This document shows, piece after piece, positions 9,336 through 17,656 of a stretch of 64,000 bases of DNA. The position numbers were made by a program, and so were the translations under genes. The stretch is from Acidobacteriota bacterium (GTDB lineage Bacteria > Acidobacteriota > Terriglobia > Terriglobales > SCQP01). Position 1 is the first letter of the stretch, and the number at the start of each line of letters is the position of its first letter. A model generated the notes under the pieces. It searched no databases. It was not told where the DNA came from and saw nothing but the letters and a program-made list of their open reading frames with translations. Where the stretch lies: NCBI GenBank assembly GCA_027459505.1, contig DAIDIE010000019.1, positions 49,645-113,644 on the forward strand, given 5' to 3'.

Positions 9336-10745
9336 ATGAACTCGCTGCGCTTTCTCGGAGCTGCGGACGTCGTCACAGGGTCCAAACATCTGTTGACCTG
9401 GGATGATCACCGGGTGTTGGTCGATTGCGGATTGTTTCAAGGTCAACGGCAGTGGCGTGAGCGCAATTGGCAGGATCTGCCAGTCCCGGTGCAGGAAATC
9501 GAGGCGGTGGTGCTCACTCATGCCCATCTCGATCACACCGGCTATTTGCCACGCCTGGAGCGGCAGGGCTTCGGCGGTCCGGTGTATGCGTCGGAGGGCA
9601 CTGCGGAGTTGTGCGCAGTGGTGCTGCCCGATTCCGGGCGGCTGCAGGAGGAAGATGCGGCTTTTCATAACCGCGCCAAAAGCAGCCGCCACACTCCCGC
9701 CCTGCCGCTCTATACCGAGCAGGATGCCCTGAATACGCTCAAGCTGTTGCGGCCAGTGGCGTTGGAGCAGCCAACCTCCGTGGCGCCCGGCATCAGCCTC
9801 CGCTTTCATCGCGCGGCCCACATTCTGGGCTCGTGTTTCGCGGACTTTCAAGTGGGCAGCGGCGCCGCCACGCGCCGCATCGTGTTCACCGGCGACTTGG
9901 GACGTCTGAAACAAGGCAGCGCACAAACTCTCTCCTCGGGTCCTTCCCGCGTGAATAGCGGCGCGCCGGTGGACTACCTGGTGATGGAATCCACCTATGG
10001 CAACCGCGAACATCCTGATGTGGACCCCACCCCGGCCATGGCCGCCGCCGTCAACGCCGCACTCCAGCGCGGTGGCTCGGTGGTCATTCCCGCCTTTGCG
10101 GTCGAGCGCACGCAGAAACTGCTCTTTTTGCTCAAGCAAATGATGGTTGCGGGCCAGATTCCGCAAGTGCCGATCCATATCGACAGCCCCATGGCGATCA
10201 AAGCCATCGATATCTTTCTGGAACACACCGGCGAATTCAACGAGCCTACCCAGGCTTTGATCCGCAAGTTTGGTTCACCGCACCAGTGGCAGGATGTTTA
10301 CTTTGATCAGACGCCGCAGCAGAGCAAGGCGATCAACAACGTGCAGCGCTGTATCATCATCTCCTCCAGCGGTATGGCAGCCGGCGGCCGCGTGCTGCAC
10401 CATCTCGCCAACCGCCTTCCCGATCCGCGCAACCTGGTGTTTTTTGTGGGCTATCAAAGCCCGGGCACCCTGGGCCAGTTGATCAAAGATGGAAAAAACC
10501 CGGTTCTGATCCACAAGCAGCCAGTGCCTGTCCGCGCGCAGATTGCGGCCTTCGAGCAGTTCTCCGATCACGCCGATGCGGATGAAATTCTCACCTGGCT
10601 GCGCACCTTCAGCCAGGCGCCGCGTTGCACCTACCTCGTGCACGGAGAGCCGGACTCGGCCGCCGCCTTGGCTGCCCGCATCGAAAAGGAGCTGGGCTGG
10701 AATGTACAACCTGCCCATTGGCTTCAGGAAGTTCCTCTGGAGTGA
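9336..10745 (+). CDS. MBL-fold beta-CASP ribonuclease (YSH1/CPSF-like)
   Basis: THAHLDHTG motif, MESTYG, PAFAVERTQ, SDHAD and LVHGE. Start placed at MNSLRFLGAA. Confidence 0.9.
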   Translation: MNSLRFLGAADVVTGSKHLLTWDDHRVLVDCGLFQGQRQWRERNWQDLPVPVQEIEAVVLTHAHLDHTGYLPRLERQGFGGPVYASEGTAELCAVVLPDSGRLQEEDAAFHNRAKSSRHTPALPLYTEQDALNTLKLLRPVALEQPTSVAPGISLRFHRAAHILGSCFADFQVGSGAATRRIVFTGDLGRLKQGSAQTLSSGPSRVNSGAPVDYLVMESTYGNREHPDVDPTPAMAAAVNAALQRGGSVVIPAFAVERTQKLLFLLKQMMVAGQIPQVPIHIDSPMAIKAIDIFLEHTGEFNEPTQALIRKFGSPHQWQDVYFDQTPQQSKAINNVQRCIIISSSGMAAGGRVLHHLANRLPDPRNLVFFVGYQSPGTLGQLIKDGKNPVLIHKQPVPVRAQIAAFEQFSDHADADEILTWLRTFSQAPRCTYLVHGEPDSAAALAARIEKELGWNVQPAHWLQEVPLE

Positions 10746-10914
10746 TGCCGGGCGCGCTCCTCGCAAACGCTTGCCGATCCGGGGCACCCAGGTTCTGCGC
10801 AGCGTGTGCCGCTCTGTGCGCCAACTGCTCACCATGCCCTGACCGAGGGTCCACTCTCTCTCGCCTCCTCTCCTGCTACCATGAACGGTTGACGTTTTTC
10901 CGGAAGGAATCTTC

Positions 10915-12321
10915 ATGGCGGATCAGAACAAGGTGTATGACGTTGCCATCGTGGGCAGTGGCCCCGGCGGTTATTGGGCGGCCGTGCGCGCCGCCGAGTA
11001 TGGGCTCTCCACGGTTGTCATCGAGAAGGACGAAAAGCTGGGCGGTACCTGCCTGCTGGTGGGCTGCATTCCAACCAAAGCCTTTCTGCAGAACGCGGAC
11101 GTGCTCGACACACTGCGCAACGCCGCGGAATTCGGCGTCAAGACTGGCGACTTTTCCTTGCAATGGGACCAGGTCCTGAACCGCAAAAACAAGATCGTCG
11201 CCAAACACTCCAAGGGAATTGAATTCCTGTTCCGGAAAAACAAGGTGGAGACGGTTCGCGGCTACGCCCGTTGGGCTGGCCCGGGAGTCCTGGAGGTGGA
11301 AAACGGCGGCAAGAAGTCGCAGGTCAAGGCAAAGAACATCATTTTTGCCACCGGCTCGTCCGCTCGCATGCTGCCCGGGCTCCAGGCTGATGATCGTATT
11401 CTCACCAACGTGGAAATCCTCGACCTGCCCGCCGTCCCGAAACGCATCGTGGTGATTGGCGCCGGCGCGGTCGGCATAGAATTCGCCTCCGCCTTTAAGC
11501 GCTTTGGGAGCGAGGTGACCGTACTGGAAATGTTGCCGCGCGTGGTGCCCATTGAAGACGATGACATCGCCAAAGAGCTGGAAAAAGCGCTGCGCAAACA
11601 GAAGATCGATATCCATACCAGCACCAAAGTGGACAAGGTTGAGAAAACCGCCCAGGGAGTGAACGTCACCTTTACACCCCCGGACGGCAAGGCGCAGGTG
11701 CTGCAGGCCGACAAGGTGCTGGTCGCGGTGGGGCGCAAGCCCATGACCGAGGGCATGAACCTGGAGAAAACCAAGATCCAGTTGGACCGCGGCTTTATCA
11801 AGACCGACGGTTTTATGCGCACCGCGGAGCCGAATGTCTACGCTATTGGCGACATCGTGGCGGGGTCGCCGCAATTGGCGCACGTCGCCTCCATGGAAGG
11901 CCTGATTGCGGTCGGCCACATCGCCGGCAAGAAGGTGCAACCCATTGAGCTGGGGAAAGTTCCCAACGCCACCTATTGCGAGCCGCAGGTCGCCTCCGTC
12001 GGGCTCACCGAGCGGGCAGCGAAAGAGAAGGGTCTGCGCTACAAAGTCGGCAAGTTCCCCTTCGTCGGCAATTCCAAGGCGACTATCCTGGGCAATCATG
12101 AAGGCTTCATCAAAATGATTGCCGACGAGAAAGACGGCACCGTCCTCGGCATTCACATGATTGGTCCGCTGGTGACCGAACTGCTGTCGGAAGCCGCGCT
12201 GGGCCTGTCACTCAACATCGCGGTGGAGGAGTTCATGGAGACCATCCATGCCCATCCCACCCTGTACGAAGCCATGCTGGACGCCGCCAACTCCGTCTAC
12301 GGTCTGACGATCAACATGTAG
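10915..12321 (+). CDS. lpdA: Dihydrolipoyl dehydrogenase
   Basis: GSGPGG FAD motif, GGTCLLVGCIP redox disulfide, HAHPTLYE. Confidence 0.95.
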   Translation: MADQNKVYDVAIVGSGPGGYWAAVRAAEYGLSTVVIEKDEKLGGTCLLVGCIPTKAFLQNADVLDTLRNAAEFGVKTGDFSLQWDQVLNRKNKIVAKHSKGIEFLFRKNKVETVRGYARWAGPGVLEVENGGKKSQVKAKNIIFATGSSARMLPGLQADDRILTNVEILDLPAVPKRIVVIGAGAVGIEFASAFKRFGSEVTVLEMLPRVVPIEDDDIAKELEKALRKQKIDIHTSTKVDKVEKTAQGVNVTFTPPDGKAQVLQADKVLVAVGRKPMTEGMNLEKTKIQLDRGFIKTDGFMRTAEPNVYAIGDIVAGSPQLAHVASMEGLIAVGHIAGKKVQPIELGKVPNATYCEPQVASVGLTERAAKEKGLRYKVGKFPFVGNSKATILGNHEGFIKMIADEKDGTVLGIHMIGPLVTELLSEAALGLSLNIAVEEFMETIHAHPTLYEAMLDAANSVYGLTINM

Positions 12322-12424
12322 CTGGACGGCACAAAATGGAGCTCGCATCCGGGCGCGTGCCCGGTGCGAGCTCTTCACCCCAACATCACGGCACCGCTCT
12401 TCAGCGCTGCCGCTTGCTCCCGGC

Positions 12425-13192
12425 ATGATCGCTGTCCTCGAATACGACTCGCTTCCCTACCGGGAAGCGGAGCGCCTGCAGCAGCAACTGGTCCAGTCCC
12501 GCAAAGACGCCCGTGCTTCCGACACGCTGATTCTGCTGGAACATCCCCCGGTGATTACGTTGGGCCGCAACGCTCATCGCGAACACGTCCTTCTCGCCCC
12601 TGGGGAACTTGCACGCCGCGGTATTGACCTGGTGGAATGCAATCGCGGTGGCGATGTGACTTACCACGGTCCGGGCCAACTGGTCGGCTATCCCATTTTT
12701 GATCTAAGGCAACTGCGTCGGCCGGCGTTTATGCCGGTCAAAGGCCACGAAGCCGCCAACGTGCGCACTATCGGCCTGGGGCCGGTGGATTTTGTACGTG
12801 CGTTGGAGGAGATACTGATCCGGACGCTGGCGCAGTTTGGGCTCGCGGCGCAGCGGGTCAACGGCCTTACCGGAGTCTGGACGCGTGGCGCGGACGCAAC
12901 TTCCCTGGAAGGCCAACCCCAGCTCCGCAAACTGGCGGCGATTGGAATTCACGTCTCCCGCGGTGTCACCAGCCATGGTTTCGCACTCAACGTCACGACT
13001 CCGCCGGAAGACTTTTCCGCCATTGTGCCCTGCGGCATCCGCGATTTCGGGGTCACGTCGATCGCGCGGGAGCTGGGAGAAGCCGCCCCCGCCATGCCCC
13101 TGGTGCGCAACGCCCTCCTGCGCCAGTTCGGCCAGGTCTTCTCCACGCAGATCCTGCGCCTGGACTCCCCTCCGCCACGGCTCGAATCCTGA
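12425..13192 (+). CDS. lipB: Lipoyl(octanoyl) transferase
   Basis: LEHPPVITLG, RGGDVTYHGPGQLVGYP, KLAAIG, HGFALNV and PCGI motifs. Confidence 0.95.
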   Translation: MIAVLEYDSLPYREAERLQQQLVQSRKDARASDTLILLEHPPVITLGRNAHREHVLLAPGELARRGIDLVECNRGGDVTYHGPGQLVGYPIFDLRQLRRPAFMPVKGHEAANVRTIGLGPVDFVRALEEILIRTLAQFGLAAQRVNGLTGVWTRGADATSLEGQPQLRKLAAIGIHVSRGVTSHGFALNVTTPPEDFSAIVPCGIRDFGVTSIARELGEAAPAMPLVRNALLRQFGQVFSTQILRLDSPPPRLES

Positions 13193-13296
13193 AGGGCGGC
13201 TGCTCCGGGAGCGGGCTTTTGGCCGCGGCCCCAAACCGGGGTAAAGGGCGCAATGCGCAGAAACCAGAACCGGCGCAGGGCCGTCAGGGCACCCTT

Positions 13297-13328
13297 GTGA
13301 TCACGACAATGATCACCGCTTGGGTGAT
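13297..13328. promoter_or_regulatory. Putative VapB operator
   Basis: GTGATCAC palindrome (13297-13304) and ATCACC-N5-GGTGAT inverted repeat (13312-13328) just upstream of the antitoxin start. TA operons are typically autoregulated through such sites. Confidence 0.45.
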
Positions 13329-13339
13329 AAGGTTTCACC

Positions 13340-13537
13340 ATGAAAGCCACGGTTTCGCTGGATGACGAACTGTTACGGCGGGCGCAAGAGTACAGCGGCC
13401 TGACCGAGCGCACCGCTCTGCTGCGTGAGGCGCTGAAGGCACTGATCGAACGTGAGGCTGCCCGCAGCCTGGCGGCTTTGGAGGGTAGCATGCCCGATCT
13501 CAAACGCATACGACGCTTAAGGGTGGAAGACCTGTGA
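13340..13537 (+). CDS. vapB: Type II antitoxin, VapB family
   Basis: MKATVSLDDELLRRAQEYSGLTERTALLREALKALIEREAARSLAALEGS matches the VapB family pattern; overlaps the toxin start (GTGA). Confidence 0.85.
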   Translation: MKATVSLDDELLRRAQEYSGLTERTALLREALKALIEREAARSLAALEGSMPDLKRIRRLRVEDL

Positions 13538-13900
13538 TCTTGGCGGACACAGGTATCTGGGTCGAATGTTTGCGGCGGCGCAAGCCCGCGCTGCGCTCGT
13601 TGCTCGCTAGCAGCCAGGTTGTTGATGCATCCGCTGGTGGTAGCGGAGTTGGCGCTCGGCTCCTTGCAGGACCGCTCTGGAACTTTGGCTCAGCTCGACA
13701 GCCTTCCCAAGCTTTCGGTGGTCAGTTTGCCTGATGTGACGCACATGATCGAAATACGCGCCCTCTATTCGCGAGGCATTGGACTGACCGACGCTCATCT
13801 TCTGGCGTCTTGTCTCGTTACTCCTGGTACGTTGTTGTGGACCAGCGATGTGCGCCTTGCGAATATCGCGCAGGAACTCGGAATCGGCGCCAGCTTGTAA
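13534..13900 (+). pseudogene. vapC: VapC PIN toxin with +1 frameshift near 13619
   Basis: MILADTGIW...SSQV in one frame continues as LMHPLVVAELALGSL...GIGLTDAHLLAS...LWTSD in another. The span is 367 nt (3n+1); removing one T from CAGGTTGTTG restores QVLMHP. Confidence 0.8.
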
Positions 13901-13977
13901 ATGACAGGATTGTTTTCTGCCTCGGCGCCCGAGCTTTCGTCCGCAGCTGCCGGGAATGGCTTCGGGGCCGGCTCCCG

Positions 13978-14016
13978 AAAAAAACAACCCTGTCCTCTTT
14001 GGAGAACAGGGTTGTT
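13978..14016 (-). terminator. Rho-independent terminator after moeZ
   Basis: AACAACCCTGT/ACAGGGTTGTT stem followed by a T-run on the minus strand, about 40 nt past the stop. Confidence 0.8.
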
Positions 14017-14055
14017 GGTGTTCCGCCGCCCAGGAATGGGCGTACGCTCTAACGC

Positions 14056-15237
14056 CTAGTACTTGGGCACGCTGGGATCGACTTCATCGCTCCAGGCCAG
14101 GATGCCGCCCTCCAGGTTGCGCACCTTCTTGAAGCCCGACTTCTGCAGGTAATCCAGCGCCTGCGCCGAGCGCCCACCCATTTTGCAATGCACCACGATG
14201 TCCTGCTCCGGGCTGAGCTCATGGGCGCGCTTCGGCAACTCGCCCAACGGGATCAGGATGGAGTTGGGAATGCGGCAGATCTGGTATTCATTGGGCTCGC
14301 GAACGTCGACGATCACCAACGGCTTGCCGGCGTCGATTTCGTCTTTCAACTCTAACGCGGTGATTTGCTTCATGCCGGCGATTTCCGGCACTGGCTGTGC
14401 CTCCTCCACGGCACGCATGCCACAGAACTCCTGGTAGTCGATCAGGTGCTTGATGGTCGGATGGGTGCCGCACACCGGGCAGTCCGGGTTCTTGCGCAGC
14501 TTGAGCTCGCGGAACTTCATCTGCAGCGCGTCAAACAGCATCACCCGGTTTTTGAGCGGCTGTCCAATGCCAAGGATGAGCTTAATGGTCTCCATGGCCT
14601 GCAGTGTGCCCATGATGCCGGGCAACACGCCCAGCACGCCGCCCTCGGCACAGCTCGGAACCAAGCCCGGGGGCGGCGGTTCCGGATACCAGCAGCGATA
14701 GCAAGGTCCATCCGGCAGAGCCAGCACCGACGCCTGTCCCTCAAAGCGGAAAATGCTGGCGTAGACGTTGGGAATTCCGGTCAGAACGCAGGCGTCATTC
14801 ACGAGATAGCGGGTGGGGAAGTTGTCGGTCCCGTCCACCACCAGGTCGTAGTCCTTAAAGATCTGCAACGCGTTTTCGCTGGTGAGCTTTTCGGCGTAGC
14901 CCACCACTTTAACGTTGGGATTGATCTCGGTAATCGTGTTGCGCGCCGACTCCAGCTTGAGCCGCCCCACATCGCCGGTGCCATGGATCACCTGGCGCTG
15001 CAGGTTGGTGAAGTCGACTGTGTCGTAGTCGACCACACCCAGCGTGCCAACTCCGGCGGCGGCCAGGTAGAGAGCCACCGGCGCGCCCAGACCGCCGGCG
15101 CCAATCATCAGAACGCGCGCGGCCTTGAGTTTACGCTGTCCTTCAATGCCGACCTCGGGAATGATGAGGTGGCGGCTGTAGCGCATGATTTCATCGTTGC
15201 TGAGATTCACCGAAACCGGTTCAGCCGTGGTTGCCAT
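14056..15237 (-). CDS. moeZ: ThiF/MoeB adenylyltransferase fused to rhodanese (MoeZ)
   Basis: RYSRH, GAGGLG, NLQRQ, CYRC/CPVC zinc sites and a C-terminal rhodanese (DVRE, HCKMGGRS). Confidence 0.9.
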   Translation of the reverse strand: MATTAEPVSVNLSNDEIMRYSRHLIIPEVGIEGQRKLKAARVLMIGAGGLGAPVALYLAAAGVGTLGVVDYDTVDFTNLQRQVIHGTGDVGRLKLESARNTITEINPNVKVVGYAEKLTSENALQIFKDYDLVVDGTDNFPTRYLVNDACVLTGIPNVYASIFRFEGQASVLALPDGPCYRCWYPEPPPPGLVPSCAEGGVLGVLPGIMGTLQAMETIKLILGIGQPLKNRVMLFDALQMKFRELKLRKNPDCPVCGTHPTIKHLIDYQEFCGMRAVEEAQPVPEIAGMKQITALELKDEIDAGKPLVIVDVREPNEYQICRIPNSILIPLGELPKRAHELSPEQDIVVHCKMGGRSAQALDYLQKSGFKKVRNLEGGILAWSDEVDPSVPKY

Positions 15238-15304
15238 AAAAAATACCTCGTGGGCGTTGACGCCCTGAAAGGCCTTTCAAGCGCGGCGGTGACGCGCAGG
15301 CCTT

Positions 15305-15332
15305 GCTTAATCTTCAAAGCTTAATCTTCAAA
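15305..15332. repeat. Tandem 14-mer duplication
   Basis: GCTTAATCTTCAAA occurs twice, exactly, between cysO and moeZ; AT-rich against the background. Confidence 0.7.
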
Positions 15333-15374
15333 ATCCGGGAGAGCCGAGGGCCGGGAGGAGCGGCCGCGAGCCGA

Positions 15375-15683
15375 TCAACATCGGCTACAACAACAGGCAG
15401 AAGCGGGCGAGCCGCCCGCGATGGAGGGGACGATCGAGAGCGTGTCGCTCGGTTTCACCGGCGTCTTCTCGGCGCCGGTGTAACGGATGTCTTCGTCGTT
15501 CAAATAGACGTTGACGAAGCTCCGCAGCTTGCCTTCCGCGGTAAATAGGTGACTCTTGAGCTGGGGATGGGAGCTGACCAACTGCTGCAGCACCTCGCCC
15601 ACATCGCTTCCAGACACCTCCACCGCGTCTTTTCGGTCCGTATAGGGCCGCAAGGGGGTGGGGATATAAACCTTCACTGCCAT
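15375..15683 (-). CDS. cysO: MoaD/ThiS-family sulfur carrier (CysO-like) with C-terminal extension
   Basis: MAVKVYIPTPLR...FVNVYLNDEDIRY...SIVPSIAGG followed by SPASACCCSRC; GGAGAGG RBS upstream of ATG 15683. Confidence 0.85.
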   Translation of the reverse strand: MAVKVYIPTPLRPYTDRKDAVEVSGSDVGEVLQQLVSSHPQLKSHLFTAEGKLRSFVNVYLNDEDIRYTGAEKTPVKPSDTLSIVPSIAGGSPASACCCSRC

Positions 15684-15704
15684 TGTTCTGATCCTCTCCA
15701 AACC

Positions 15705-15875
15705 AGCCAGCGCCGAGTCGAACTGCGTTCGAGTTCGCAATCGCAGGCCGAAGTCGTAGCGAAGGTCCGGGGTTGCCGTTAGGTCCCGAACCGCTGGCGA
15801 CTCATAAAGCGCAACGGCCCATCCGTGAGCTTCGGCCCAACACCGAAGCAAGTGGAAAAAAAGCGGCCGTGCCGC
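15705..15875 (+). repeat. Dispersed structured repeat, subtype A (full copy)
   Basis: Aligns by eye with 30581-30793, 27706-27820 and 19298-19348: AGCCAG.GCCGAGTCGAACT...AGTTCG..ATCGCAGGCCGAAG...GGGGTTGCCGTT...ACCGCTGGCGACT...GCGGCCGTGCCGC. Confidence 0.9.
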
Positions 15876-16088
15876 CTCCGCCTGCCCAGCTTGGCTGAGC
15901 AACGATTCGCTGCGGCGCCTTCCGAACCAGGTTTTCAACGAGCTTGCTCACCTGATTCCAGCCCCGGCGTCGAACTTGCATTTGACGCCGGTCACCGACA
16001 CCGGTCCGCGATACTGGACAGCTCAACCCAGCGGCCACTCGAGCCCTTGGCGCGAGGTGAATAGCCGGTGTCCCTGCCCAGTCTTTCT

Positions 16089-16118
16089 ATTATCGGCTAT
16101 TTAGGCCCCGCTTGCCAA
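16089..16118 (-). promoter_or_regulatory. Putative sigma70 promoter toward cysO-moeZ
   Basis: Minus strand TTGGCA-N18-GATAAT. Confidence 0.4.
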
Positions 16119-16195
16119 AGGCGGGGCGGCTGGAGCCCAAGCGGGGGGCAGCCAGCCCGGCCTCCGCAACCTTGGGGGCCAGGCTGGAATGACAG

Positions 16196-16633
16196 CTAGA
16201 GGTCCGCGCCTGCTACCGCCAGCTCTTCCTGGATGAAGTGGCTGCGATCCTCAGCCAATTCAAAGGAGTTCACCGCACCCGTTTTCCCTTGCGCCACCGA
16301 CATGATCACGTAGGAATAGCCCGGCCAACTGGCGTGATCCAGATCGAATTGCGAAGGACGCGCCGGATGATCCGGGTGCGAGTGATAAAAGCCGATGATC
16401 TCCAATCCTCGCTCCCGGGCTTCGCGCTGCACCCGAAGGTGCTCGCGAGGATCGAAGTCAAAGCGGTTTTCCGGTGTCGCCGCGTTTACGTTGCGCATGC
16501 GCACCACACCCTGGACCTGGCGCTGCTCCGCTTGCGAGGTGCCCAGCAATATGCCACAACATTCGTGCGGATACGTATCCTGCCCATGCCGGCGCAGTTC
16601 CTCGTAATCGGCTGGATTGAAGACGATGGCCAT
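16196..16633 (-). CDS. JAB/Mov34 (M67) metallopeptidase, Mec-like
   Basis: YPHECCG and YHSHPDHPARPSQFD JAMM motif; clustered with cysO, moeZ and cysM. Confidence 0.9.
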   Translation of the reverse strand: MAIVFNPADYEELRRHGQDTYPHECCGILLGTSQAEQRQVQGVVRMRNVNAATPENRFDFDPREHLRVQREARERGLEIIGFYHSHPDHPARPSQFDLDHASWPGYSYVIMSVAQGKTGAVNSFELAEDRSHFIQEELAVAGADL

Positions 16634-16712
16634 GCAAAACCCCGCTGTTCCGGCTCGAAATACGGTAAATCCGCGCCGGTGGAAGGGAATTTCAGTATAG
16701 CAATCCGCCGCT

Positions 16713-17444
16713 TCACTCCCGCGGGAGTTGGAAAACCAAAGTGATTCGCGTCGTTACCTGAACGGGGTTTCCATCCAATAGCGTGGGCGAGAAGCGCCAT
16801 TGAGAAACGGCGCGCAGCGCCTCGCCAACGAAGATAGGGCTGCCACTGGCTGCCCGGCAGCGCAGGATGTGCCCATCGCTGCCCACGAGCGCCTCAATCA
16901 CCACCGTCCCGCTCATGTTCGTGGCGCGCGCCAGAGCGGGGTACTCCGGCGCCGGACAGAACAGGCAATGCGCCTCCAGCACGCCGCTGCTGATTCGCTG
17001 TGCCGCAGCCCCGGTAACGTGCTGCCTCGCGCGGCCGGGGTTGGATCCGTTGCTATTGGCTCCAGGCTGGAAAACGCCTGGAGCGCTGTTTACAAAGCCG
17101 CGAAAGGGCAGGGAAGCGGTGCCAGTAGCAGTCGTGAAGTTGAAGTTGGGCGCCGGCACTGCCGTTGCCGGCGCGCCGGTCGATACCATCTGGGGCGGCG
17201 CGGGAACTGGCGACGGGGTGTTGACCACTTGATGAACGCGCGTTACGGACACCTCTGCCGGCGGGGTCATAACGGGAAAGTCCACGTTGAGAGGAGAGGT
17301 GGGCACCGGCGGCATTGGGCAACGGTAGAGCGGCTGCAACAGAAACAGGCTGAGCGCCGCTGCCTGAATCCCAGTTGCGATCAACAACGAGCGGGTACGG
17401 GGAAACGCCGCCGCGCTTTCGGGGAGCAGGATTTCCTGGAACAT
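16713..17444 (-). CDS. TonB-family energy transducer
   Basis: N-terminal TM, Pro-rich linker and C-terminal PEYPALAR...GTVVIEALV...AVSQWRFSP; AGGAGG RBS before ATG 17444. Confidence 0.85.
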   Translation of the reverse strand: MFQEILLPESAAAFPRTRSLLIATGIQAAALSLFLLQPLYRCPMPPVPTSPLNVDFPVMTPPAEVSVTRVHQVVNTPSPVPAPPQMVSTGAPATAVPAPNFNFTTATGTASLPFRGFVNSAPGVFQPGANSNGSNPGRARQHVTGAAAQRISSGVLEAHCLFCPAPEYPALARATNMSGTVVIEALVGSDGHILRCRAASGSPIFVGEALRAVSQWRFSPTLLDGNPVQVTTRITLVFQLPRE

Positions 17445-17656
17445 AACTTCCAAGCCTCCTGCCGGAATAGAACCCGCGCGGCACAGGTTTGTTCCCAGCG
17501 GAAAACAAATCGGGGAACGGCTGGCAGACAATGACAACCTGTGCAACCAAGGTCGCCCCTCATCGTCTGCGCCGTTCCCCATGCCCCGGGGCTCCTGGAA
17601 CTTCCCCATGGGCAAACTGTTACTGCGACAGCTTTCTCTGAGCTAACTCATCGGGA

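Noticed and set aside
9162-12156. Long antisense ORFs (9162-10226 and 10876-12156; similar cases at 24095-25492, 31535-32701, 37804-39300)
   Set aside because: They lie opposite well-supported genes; long shadow ORFs are expected in high-GC DNA with biased codons.
13183-13220. Additional repeat copy after lipB (CGAATCCTGAAGGGCGGC...GGGAGCGGGC)
   Set aside because: The similarity to subtype B is short and lacks both end motifs; it could be chance.
15705-15810. SAM-IV/SAM-I riboswitch upstream of cysO (minus strand has ATGAGTCGCCAGCG...CGGCAACC)
   Set aside because: The downstream GGUGC partner and P1 pairing are missing, and homologous copies precede genes unrelated to sulfur metabolism. Better explained as the dispersed repeat.
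15905-15935. SRP RNA (minus strand CTGGTTCGGAAGGCGCCGCAG resembles CAGGTCCGGAAGGAAGCAG)
   Set aside because: The symmetric loop residues and the long enclosing helix do not match.
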